Of a stretch of 36,095 nucleotides of DNA, positions 1 to 6,594 are shown piece after piece. Location of the stretch: positions 1-36,095 of IMG/VR virus record IMGVR_UViG_3300045988_138052; one strand, 5' to 3'. Positions within the stretch are counted from its first letter, which is position 1. Each line of letters starts with the position of its first letter. The translations under genes and the position numbers were made by a program. Below the pieces are notes generated by a model, which worked only from the letters and a program-made list of their open reading frames with translations, was not told the origin of the DNA and ran no database searches. Origin of the DNA: a virus.

Positions 1-44
1 TGTTGTGGTGGACAATCGTAGTTATGGGGAGGCGCACCTCACCA
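1..44. repeat. 44-bp terminal direct repeat, left copy (identical to 36052-36095). Candidate att core (attL) or circular-assembly overlap.
   Basis: Base-by-base identity of TGTTGTGGTGGACAATCGTAGTTATGGGGAGGCGCACCTCACCA at both ends of the window. Confidence 0.95.
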
Positions 45-77
45 AGTTCCTGCGATCAAAGTAGAGCGTAACCTTTC

Positions 78-110
78 AAGATCCTGACGTTAGTCGGGAT
101 CTTTTGTTGT
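78..110 (+). terminator. Rho-independent terminator (first of a tandem pair).
   Basis: 11-bp stem 78-88/93-103 (AAGATCCTGAC/GTCGGGATCTT, one G.U), GTTA loop, then TTTTGTTGT. Confidence 0.75.
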
Positions 111-116
111 ATAGCA

Positions 117-157
117 GAACCCGCTGGAGGTAGATGGCCAGCGGGTTCTTCTGTTTG
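117..157 (+). terminator. Rho-independent terminator (second of the tandem pair).
   Basis: Perfect 11-bp GC-rich stem GAACCCGCTGG (117-127) / CCAGCGGGTTC (138-148), followed by TTCTGTTTG. Confidence 0.75.
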
Positions 158-190
158 AAGAGGTTAGCAATATGACATTGATAACCTCTT
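158..190 (+). promoter_or_regulatory. Hairpin whose loop and 5' arm (159-183) are complementary to the 5' end of the 34041-34100 mini-transcript. Candidate antisense-RNA target or operator.
   Basis: 9-bp stem AAGAGGTTA (158-166) / TAACCTCTT (182-190). Positions 159-183 are the reverse complement of 34040-64: 18 nt exact, plus 5 nt exact, with the 2 intervening positions able to form G.U at RNA level. Confidence 0.5.
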
Positions 191-350
191 GTAGACAGAA
201 TAACTACACTGGTCACGGTTGGCGTGATGTTTATCTTACGGCCTAACAATAGCGAGAATAGAGGTGACGGAGAAGATAAACAAAATGCTCATGTGAATAA
301 GCCAGAAAATGATCTTTAACAACTTAGTCGCGAAAACATCATACATAGTT

Positions 351-437
351 AAGTGCTGTACAGGTGCGTGCTTTTGGAGCCTCTTTCAAGTAGTAATTTG
401 GAATATACAACCACACGCACCCACCTGCGCAGTACTT
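351..437 (+). other. Long imperfect hairpin in the 5' leader of the first early gene.
   Basis: AAGTGCTG/CAGTACTT, CAGG/CCTG and TGCGTG/CACGCA segments pair 351-370 with 414-437 (about 18 bp with bulges). It ends 30 nt before the ATG at 467. Confidence 0.4.
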
Positions 438-466
438 AACGTTTTAACATAAACAGGAGAAAACAA

Positions 467-640
467 ATGCAAAAGAAAAATATTAACTGGAAGCAACTTT
501 TTGAAAAAGCAAAGTCAATACTACTAATTATTCTCATTACAGCCGCCGTTGCCTTTTATGCCGGCATACACTACCAGACGAATAGATCAGCAGAAATTGA
601 CAGCAAGATCAAGCAAGCGACTTCACAGTCAAAACAGTAG
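467..640 (+). CDS. Small membrane-anchor protein (57 aa). Possibly the N-terminal part of a frameshifted anchor-SLT fusion.
   Basis: ATG preceded by AGGAGA with good spacing. Hydrophobic segment ILLIILITAAVAFYAGI. Below the ORF-track length cut-off and translated by hand. Confidence 0.5.
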   Translation: MQKKNINWKQLFEKAKSILLIILITAAVAFYAGIHYQTNRSAEIDSKIKQATSQSKQ

Positions 641-750
641 CTCGGAAACCTGCAGCTATTTCCGAGAATAAGCAAATTGCTGCAAAGCCAGTTCATAATG
701 TCGAACCAACCGTACTACAACCAAAATCAGCTGTAGTATCGGGCTGCGAA

Positions 751-1053
751 TTGGTTCGACAAGAGCTGGTTAAGTATCCAAAATGGGATATACGCATAAT
801 GATGGCTATCGCCAGAGCAGAGAATAGAAATTGCGATCCGCTAAAACATAACCTAACTAATACTGAGAATCACGGAGTATGTGTCGGTAGTTACGGTGTG
901 CTTCAAGTGGCTTGTGTGCATTTTCAGCCTGGTGAAGATAGAAATGATACGGCAACAGTTGTAAAAGTTGCATATCGTGTCTGGCAGTCTGGAGGGTATA
1001 AACCATGGAGCACATTCACTAACGGAAGCTATAGGGAGTATTTACATGGATAA
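751..1053 (+). CDS. SLT-type lytic transglycosylase / lysozyme-like domain protein.
   Basis: Motifs AIARAENRN (catalytic Glu context), GVLQV (GLMQ-like) and AYRVW. The only in-frame start is TTG at 751, but the frame is open from 601. Confidence 0.6.
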   Translation: MVRQELVKYPKWDIRIMMAIARAENRNCDPLKHNLTNTENHGVCVGSYGVLQVACVHFQPGEDRNDTATVVKVAYRVWQSGGYKPWSTFTNGSYREYLHG

Positions 1054-1213
1054 CCAAGAAGGTAAATCGCTACTTGATGACATACCTCTTTACTATGAAA
1101 GACTAGATAGTGATGATTATGTACTCAGAAGAATTCGTAATTGGCGAGCGCGATTGAAGCGCCGCAAAGAGAGGAAGGCACAACGTCGTGGTTTACGTAA
1201 AAATAAATCATAA
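1046..1213 (+). CDS. Hypothetical small basic protein (55 aa, Arg/Lys-rich C-terminus).
   Basis: ATG at 1046 with AGGGAG 7 nt upstream. Overlaps the stop of the preceding gene. The longer track ORF (968) overlaps the SLT gene. Confidence 0.35.
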   Translation: MDNQEGKSLLDDIPLYYERLDSDDYVLRRIRNWRARLKRRKERKAQRRGLRKNKS

Positions 1214-1223
1214 GAAGTTTGAC

Positions 1224-1751
1224 ATGAACGATGTGCGATCTGTCGCATCCTGTCCTGATTGTCAGTCAAAACATTTGATGCTTTCCCTTGGCAGGCTCAC
1301 CTGTCGTAACTGCGGTGCTGAGATTGGCAGAATTGGCAAAACGAACAAATACGGTGCAAAACGCACTGAGATGAATGGTAAGATCTACGATTCAAAGTTT
1401 GAAGCGCAAGTAGCTGCTGAGCTAGATATCGAGAAGAAGCTAGGCCAGATAAAAGACTACGACACTCAATATCGAATTGAGGGTTGGGTATATGACGAAA
1501 ATGGCAATAAAGCATTCCCGTATCGCCACAAGGTAGACTTTAGAATCCATAACCTTGATGGCTCGTTTACTCTACGAGAAGCTAAAGGTGTTGAAACTGA
1601 CGACTATAAGTGGCGTCGAAAGATATTGGAGAATGTTTGGCTACCAGCTCATCCTGAATATACATACGAGGTAGTGTTTCAAAGAGGTAATAAACGAACT
1701 CGTAAGAAGGGGGTGTATGACATCCGCACAAAAAGAAAGATTGATATTTAG
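1224..1751 (+). CDS. Zn-ribbon plus DUF1064-like (endonuclease / Holliday-junction-resolvase-like fold) protein.
   Basis: CPDC...CRNC zinc ribbon. Then KYGAKRTEMNGKIYDSKFEA...YRHKVDFRI...REAKG, matching the DUF1064 pattern (KYGAKKT..G..FDSK.EA...DF...E.KG). Start chosen at the internal ATG. Confidence 0.6.
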   Translation: MNDVRSVASCPDCQSKHLMLSLGRLTCRNCGAEIGRIGKTNKYGAKRTEMNGKIYDSKFEAQVAAELDIEKKLGQIKDYDTQYRIEGWVYDENGNKAFPYRHKVDFRIHNLDGSFTLREAKGVETDDYKWRRKILENVWLPAHPEYTYEVVFQRGNKRTRKKGVYDIRTKRKIDI

Positions 1752-1908
1752 GCTAGAAAACCTATATGACAGCATGGGTAATACAGTGGATATACTCGTC
1801 TCCCACAGGGACGAGGTCCCGGAAGTTGATCAATGGGTAGATGACCTAGAGTCAGATATGGGAATCATCACTGAGTGGATCGATTTTCTTCGCGACTACG
1901 ACAACTAA
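1717..1908 (+). CDS. Hypothetical acidic protein (63 aa).
   Basis: ATG with AAGGGGG RBS. Compact overlap with the upstream gene. Confidence 0.5.
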   Translation: MTSAQKERLIFRLENLYDSMGNTVDILVSHRDEVPEVDQWVDDLESDMGIITEWIDFLRDYDN

Positions 1909-2067
1909 TGACCTGGTGCCTAATTCTATGCTTTGCCCTATTTTCATAGAATATTGATCGGTTAAATGACTAGATTCCATGTCTTTAATAAACTTTAAAT
2001 TCTAGTAACAGCCAGGCCCTACCCTAAATATATAAACGAAACTAATAGTGACAAGGAAAGGTAAATC

Positions 2068-2283
2068 ATGAAAAAACCAGTAGCAGAAGTAAATATCAAG
2101 ATATTTAGTGGAGATGGTCATCACAGAGCTGACACTGTCGTCAAACTAAACTCTAACAATCCAAATACTGTTATCGCTACGCTAGAGGCTCTTGAGGATA
2201 CCCAAAAGAAAATTGCCAAGAAGGAATCTAAAAAGGTAGCAAAGAAATTGATCAAAGAGTTGGAAGATATTTTTAAGGATTAA
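2068..2283 (+). CDS. Hypothetical protein (71 aa, Lys-rich C-terminus).
   Basis: ORF with AAGGAAAGG RBS. Confidence 0.55.
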   Translation: MKKPVAEVNIKIFSGDGHHRADTVVKLNSNNPNTVIATLEALEDTQKKIAKKESKKVAKKLIKELEDIFKD

Positions 2284-2291
2284 TAAGCTCT

Positions 2292-2480
2292 ATGGGTATA
2301 CCAAACGATACTAAAATATCAGCAGAGAAAACTGGACAACCACATGTTGTAGATGTTACTCACCTTAGGTATCGAGATATACACGGGCGTGAATTTACAC
2401 AATATATCATAGTGTTTTCAGACGACTCTTACTGTTGGATTAGGAAACCTAAAGACGAGGAGGTATTAAGAGATGTCTAA
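2292..2480 (+). CDS. Hypothetical protein (62 aa).
   Basis: ORF in tight operon spacing. Confidence 0.5.
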   Translation: MGIPNDTKISAEKTGQPHVVDVTHLRYRDIHGREFTQYIIVFSDDSYCWIRKPKDEEVLRDV

Positions 2481-2715
2481 TAAAGAACAAGAATTAAAGC
2501 AACTCGCGTCTGACTTAGCAGCAGGCTCAAACGGCTGGTTGGCGTTAGAGTATTGTAGACTTGTCAACAACGACAATGCGTTTGAGATTGTTTATAAAAC
2601 CTCAAAAGATGGACATATAACCATTAGATTAGAAAGCAGCTCAGGCATAGACAATCTAAAGTCTGAGTTAATAAATAAACTAGCACTGTTAGGATGGAAC
2701 CATGAAACGTTATAA
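2473..2715 (+). CDS. Hypothetical protein (80 aa).
   Basis: ORF with GAGGAGG RBS. Overlapping start/stop with its neighbours. Confidence 0.5.
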   Translation: MSNKEQELKQLASDLAAGSNGWLALEYCRLVNNDNAFEIVYKTSKDGHITIRLESSSGIDNLKSELINKLALLGWNHETL

Positions 2716-3310
2716 ATTGCTTAAAGATTTGCCGACGTTCAAAGCTGGGCAATTAGCCTACATCTCTGAGCGAGGGAACCTTATCGCTGGTACACCAGAT
2801 AACCCAGAGACTACAGACGCTAGAATACAGCTGATGATGTATCATAAACAAACCATTGATAAGTTTCCAGAAATCCTCACAGAGTGGTTTGAGGAAGTCA
2901 AAGAACCGACAGACAGTATCCACTGGAATCCTAGTATTGGCGAAAAATGTTTTATTCTTGAGAATACCAATATAAGATCAACATTTTATACTGGAATGCT
3001 ACGTGATTACAATGCTTGGCGTACTGGCAAAATATTCCGCACTAAAGAAGAATGCGAGAAAGCCCGTGACCGTGAATTAGCTGAAATCAGACTACGCCGA
3101 ACATCAACATTTAAGCCAGATTTCAAGAATGATAGAGGTGGCTATGTCGTTTTTTACAACCCAGAAGAAGATAAGCTCGAAACACATAATGTTTATTGTT
3201 ATGACTACGGAGAAATTGTACGTTACGAGACCGTAGAAGAAGCTGAAAAATCCATCAAAGAAAACCGAGAAGACTGGTTGATTTATTTTGGAATTAAGGA
3301 GGAGAGATAA
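2702..3310 (+). CDS. Hypothetical protein (202 aa).
   Basis: Long ORF, translationally coupled to its neighbours. Confidence 0.65.
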   Translation: MKRYKLLKDLPTFKAGQLAYISERGNLIAGTPDNPETTDARIQLMMYHKQTIDKFPEILTEWFEEVKEPTDSIHWNPSIGEKCFILENTNIRSTFYTGMLRDYNAWRTGKIFRTKEECEKARDRELAEIRLRRTSTFKPDFKNDRGGYVVFYNPEEDKLETHNVYCYDYGEIVRYETVEEAEKSIKENREDWLIYFGIKEER

Positions 3311-3786
3311 TGTCAGCAAAGAAATTCAAGGTCGGTGATAAAGTCAAGATACGCAAGGGGCTTACTGATAGTAGCCTCTATAATCACGCTTACATAGAGA
3401 GAGGAGTGGAACTGTTTGGTGGTAAGACACTCACGATAAAAGAGGTGAGGGATGACTTTTACTTCGTTGAAGAGAACTGTTGGGCTTGGGATGACAAAGT
3501 ATTAGAGGCTGCTGGGGAACCCTTAGATAATTTTTGCGTTGGGGATGATATTTCTAGGGGCTCTGGCGTCAGAAGGATCCTAGCGGCAGTAGATGGTTGC
3601 TATCTATTGAGCAATACAGATGAATATACCGTCGCCAACGATTGGTACACGGCCGACGAGCTGAAACAAATTGGTTATCAAGTGTTACCGCCAGGGCATT
3701 CAATAACCCTCATCGAAATAGATGGCAAGAGGTACGATGAGGCTGAGGTTAAGAAAGCTATTAAAGACCTAGAGCCGATTGACTAA
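3310..3786 (+). CDS. Hypothetical protein (158 aa).
   Basis: Long ORF, AAGGAGGAG RBS, ATAATG coupling. Confidence 0.65.
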   Translation: MSAKKFKVGDKVKIRKGLTDSSLYNHAYIERGVELFGGKTLTIKEVRDDFYFVEENCWAWDDKVLEAAGEPLDNFCVGDDISRGSGVRRILAAVDGCYLLSNTDEYTVANDWYTADELKQIGYQVLPPGHSITLIEIDGKRYDEAEVKKAIKDLEPID

Positions 3787-3831
3787 GCAATGACCTACCA
3801 CATGTCAATAAACTGGGTGCACATTAGCATC

Positions 3832-3983
3832 ATACATACACACTAGGCCGCCCACAAGTGCCTTGAGCAAGCATTCTGAGGAAACTTGAGCGACGCGGTA
3901 TCAGCTGTATCCGTTTAGCAACAAAGCCACTGCGCTTACAGTGGAGCTGAGACGAGATTGTGGGCAGGCTTGTGTGTATGTAT
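3832..3983 (+). ncRNA. Candidate structured RNA of about 150 nt: a long closing helix around a roughly 100-nt branched interior. Class unknown.
   Basis: 12 perfect bp ATACATACACAC (3832-3843) / GTGTGTATGTAT (3972-3983), plus about 10 more bp (3848-3857 / 3958-3968). Inner hairpin CCACTG-CGCTTA-CAGTGG nested in TCAGCT/AGCTGA. No ORF. Confidence 0.45.
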
Positions 3984-3984
3984 A

Positions 3985-4000
3985 TCAACCGCATAACTGG
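3985..4000. repeat. 16-nt perfect inverted repeat, left copy (partner 4482-4497).
   Basis: TCAACCGCATAACTGG is the reverse complement of CCAGTTATGCGGTTGA at 4482-4497. The pair brackets the tRNA-like element and the AACTGG cluster. Confidence 0.85.
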
Positions 4001-4002
4001 GT

Positions 4003-4080
4003 AGATGATTATAGCTCAGCTGGTTAGAGCGTGGGACACATGAGCCTGAGGTCGGTGGTTCAATTCCACCCTATCGTCTA
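4003..4080 (+). tRNA. tRNA-like element, anticodon CAU (Met/Ile2-type body), non-canonical. May be a degenerate or embedded tRNA.
   Basis: Textbook D arm TAGCTCAGCTGGTTAGAGC and T arm GGTGG-TTCAATT-CCACC, with standard arm spacing and variable loop AGGTC. However, the anticodon stem is weak (2 GC, 2 GU, A.G), position 33 is A rather than U, and the canonical acceptor register gives only 5/7 pairs. Confidence 0.55.
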
Positions 4081-4083
4081 CTC

Positions 4084-4350
4084 AACTGGACAGATGATAT
4101 GCACAACTCCTTTCAGGTAGCGCGCCACCGGCGCGTCATCTAAAAATCGTGAAACGTTGTGAGTCGGCTCATATAACCGCAGTGCAGCGTGTATCGTCTG
4201 TTCAACTGGTAACACCAACGCACCTTTTATTTTCGGGAAATATATGTACTCAAAAAATCGAAAACAACTATCATTTGGTGTTACCAACTGGCAACATCAT
4301 CAAGAACAAATTAACCATATTAGTGCTTTACGAATGGTGTTGTCAACTGG
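4084..4350 (+). repeat. Cluster of YCAACTGG repeats with nested inverted repeats around an AT-rich core. Candidate iterons/origin or helices of a large structured RNA.
   Basis: AACTGG at 4084, 4204, 4286 and 4345, also at 3811 and 3995, and inverted at 4482. 11-nt IR GGTAACACCAA (4208-4218) / TTGGTGTTACC (4275-4285) flanks a 56-nt AT-rich stretch. 12-nt IR 4349-4360 / 4469-4480. Confidence 0.6.
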
Positions 4351-4481
4351 CTATATAAGCAGTGAACTAGCAGTCGCTAGTCCCTCATCGCAGTAAGTGT
4401 TTTTCTAATAGCACTAGCTGGTAACGGGCAGATGACAAGTTAAGCCCCGTGTGAGTTTATTCCTGGTTGCTTATATAGCCA

Positions 4482-4497
4482 CCAGTTATGCGGTTGA
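4482..4497. repeat. 16-nt perfect inverted repeat, right copy (partner 3985-4000).
   Basis: CCAGTTATGCGGTTGA, 29 nt upstream of the ATG at 4526. Confidence 0.85.
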
Positions 4498-4525
4498 ATT
4501 AAATAATGAATGGATGGTATGAACT

Positions 4526-5119
4526 ATGACGAATGACAACACAGTAGATGAGCGAACGCTAAAAATAGTTGAGCTCGCTAGAGCTGGTATAGGCGGCGAG
4601 AAAGAAGCCGCCCAGCGTATCCTACAAAGGATCTGCGCCAAGCAGGGGCTATCATACGAGGATCTTATCAACGATACCTCAGAAAAATGTAGCGAACACC
4701 TAATTGTAACGGGCAAACTAACCAAAAGCGAGCAAACAATAGCGGCACAGGTTATGTATAGATTTGCAACCAGTAAAGAGCACCCCGAGCTATGGACGTC
4801 GAGGAGTAGACACAACCGCGCCCTAAAAGGCTTTATAGCCGTATGTACCCCAGCCCAGGCAGCAGAAGCACAATACGCCGTAGATCTATTCCTGAGAGCC
4901 TATCGTGCAGAGTTAAAGCGAATACAGCGTGAAACTAATATTGCATTTGTAATAAAGCATAGACTGTTCGCACAGTACGAGACAGAGGGCGACAACAACG
5001 AAGAACTAACAGAGGAAAAACGTGCAGAACTAACCCGAGCCCAGCTAGCTAGCTACAATATGGCAGAAGTGCCTATGCATAAAGCAATAGAGCAAGGTAA
5101 TGCAAGACAGGATGAATGA
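4526..5119 (+). CDS. Hypothetical protein with a DUF2786-like N-terminus. The function call is weak.
   Basis: The N-terminal LKIVELARAGIGGEKEAAQRILQRICAKQGLSYEDL resembles the DUF2786 pattern (K...LLALA....EAE.A..KA..L). First gene after the non-coding island. Confidence 0.6.
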   Translation: MTNDNTVDERTLKIVELARAGIGGEKEAAQRILQRICAKQGLSYEDLINDTSEKCSEHLIVTGKLTKSEQTIAAQVMYRFATSKEHPELWTSRSRHNRALKGFIAVCTPAQAAEAQYAVDLFLRAYRAELKRIQRETNIAFVIKHRLFAQYETEGDNNEELTEEKRAELTRAQLASYNMAEVPMHKAIEQGNARQDE

Positions 5120-5186
5120 TTGGTAAACGACTAATATCAACTAAACCACTAATTTTGTGGACATAGATAAAGGAGATCAATTCATC

Positions 5187-5438
5187 ATGACACACAAAGA
5201 ATCCAAGTCAAGTGAATCGGCACAAAAGCCTAAGCTAGTATTTCCGTGGTCAACGCAAGATGGCTATTTTAACGGTGATATGTTTGAAGACTGGCTCAAT
5301 TCAAAGCTCGATCCTGACGATCCATACTTTAAGTTGCAGCGAATGATCAAAGCCAGAGAGACAGCCATTTATAGCCAGTTCGTAGATGAAGCTACCAGGA
5401 TATTAAAAAAATCAGTGCTGGATAGAGGGAGGGTCTAA
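5187..5438 (+). CDS. Hypothetical protein (83 aa).
   Basis: Internal ATG at 5187 with AAAGGAGA RBS. The track ORF starts at a GTG at 5157. Confidence 0.55.
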   Translation: MTHKESKSSESAQKPKLVFPWSTQDGYFNGDMFEDWLNSKLDPDDPYFKLQRMIKARETAIYSQFVDEATRILKKSVLDRGRV

Positions 5439-5439
5439 T

Positions 5440-5847
5440 ATGGAAACATTTGAACTATGCAAAGAGCTACATGAGCTAAAACCTGATTGGCAAGGCATTA
5501 CTGGCTGCAAGCATCTCATCAAGTTTAAAGCTCCTAAATCACATATCTATCCTGAGGATGTAAATCGACCCTTCTACGATTGGGCACCAGAATACACACT
5601 GGAATACTTGCTGGATAAGTTGCCAAAAACTATTGATGGTGGCTCTGATGATGGCATATTAACATTGGCTACTGACGAAATTGAGTACAAAGAAGGTAGT
5701 TGGGGGTGGGGCTGGAGAGCGTCTTATGATACAGTTGATGGCCGTTTAGCAGATGATTTAGTTCATGAGGCAAAAAACCCGCTACACGCTGTATTAAAAC
5801 TAGCCATAGCGGTGGCAGAAATGGAAAGGAAAGGAATTATAAAATGA
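5440..5847 (+). CDS. Hypothetical protein (135 aa).
   Basis: ORF tightly coupled to its neighbours. Confidence 0.6.
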   Translation: METFELCKELHELKPDWQGITGCKHLIKFKAPKSHIYPEDVNRPFYDWAPEYTLEYLLDKLPKTIDGGSDDGILTLATDEIEYKEGSWGWGWRASYDTVDGRLADDLVHEAKNPLHAVLKLAIAVAEMERKGIIK

Positions 5848-6185
5848 AAATCATAGCAGAAAATCCAGCTGAAGAAGCCCTACTGTGGCGCATTAAAGCC
5901 CTGAGTGACGAGCTGGTCAATCAAGACAATCGATGCACTAGTATGCCGGTGTGGACGATCCTAGATAATAACAAAGCTGGCAAAGACTACGGTGCGGTCA
6001 TGTACTTCACCGGCAAAGCCGCCGAGCGGCACATCGAGGAAAACGATCATCATTACGATAATCCAACGATATATATTCGTAGCGCTCAAGCCAACCGAGA
6101 ATTAAAAGATGTTGTTCACCTACTCATTCTAGCTGGTGGCAACGAAATACCAAGTAACCATTATGGGGTTTTGAGAGATGCGTGA
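5844..6185 (+). CDS. Hypothetical protein (113 aa).
   Basis: ORF with ATGA overlap to the upstream gene. Confidence 0.6.
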   Translation: MKIIAENPAEEALLWRIKALSDELVNQDNRCTSMPVWTILDNNKAGKDYGAVMYFTGKAAERHIEENDHHYDNPTIYIRSAQANRELKDVVHLLILAGGNEIPSNHYGVLRDA

Positions 6186-6594
6186 AATAAAGTTTAGAGT
6201 CTGGGATAACATAGAAAAGGCTTACCTTAACGAAAAAGACATAGCTATAAACAATCTGAACAATATATTTATATTTGAGATATACGATAAAAATGACACT
6301 GACTTGTGGTATACGCGATTGTTACCAGACCCAGACAACAAGCGGCATGTTATCGAGCAATACACAGGGCTAAAGGACAAAAACGGTACAGAGATTTATG
6401 AGGGTGATGTTGTTAAATATTCAAACGGCATAGGCAAGGTTTATCACGACAATGACAGTGCTTGTTTTAATGTGTCAGATTTTTATGATAGGCATCAAGA
6501 CTATCCAACATTAGCGTTTAGCGAAAACGGTAATGCTGCTATGGAGGTCATAGGGAGTATTCACGAAAACCCTGAGCTGCTGGAGGAGAAGTAA
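6178..6594 (+). CDS. YopX-family phage protein.
   Basis: MREIKFRVWD..., QYTGLKDKNGTEIYEGDVV and IGSIHENPELLE match the YopX signature. Confidence 0.75.
   Translation: MREIKFRVWDNIEKAYLNEKDIAINNLNNIFIFEIYDKNDTDLWYTRLLPDPDNKRHVIEQYTGLKDKNGTEIYEGDVVKYSNGIGKVYHDNDSACFNVSDFYDRHQDYPTLAFSENGNAAMEVIGSIHENPELLEEK

Noticed and set aside
1-44. The terminal repeat ends in CACCA, so it was considered as the 3' end of a tRNA or tmRNA gene.
   Set aside because: No T-arm (GGTTCRANYCC-type) or acceptor complementarity can be drawn in the preceding 40 nt. The protein-coding-frame interpretation fits better.
236-292. An 18-aa hydrophobic minus-strand peptide (MSILFIFSVTSILAIVRP), considered as a type I toxin candidate.
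   Set aside because: It has no Shine-Dalgarno sequence, no recognisable promoter and no partner antisense element. It is very short and is the only would-be minus-strand gene in the genome, so it is most likely chance.
4003-4080. The tRNA-like element as the attP site, meaning phage integration into a host tRNA.
   Set aside because: It lies about 4 kb from the integrase (across the junction), whereas the 44-bp terminal repeat sits 132 nt from int. The element also contains a full D arm rather than only a tRNA 3' half. This is kept only as a remote alternative.
4078-4358. Two 69-aa ORFs (4078-4287 on the minus strand, 4149-4358 on the plus strand) inside the non-coding island.
   Set aside because: They overlap each other on opposite strands, cross the repeat and inverted-repeat array and the AT-rich core, lack an RBS and have implausible composition. 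The region is treated as non-coding.
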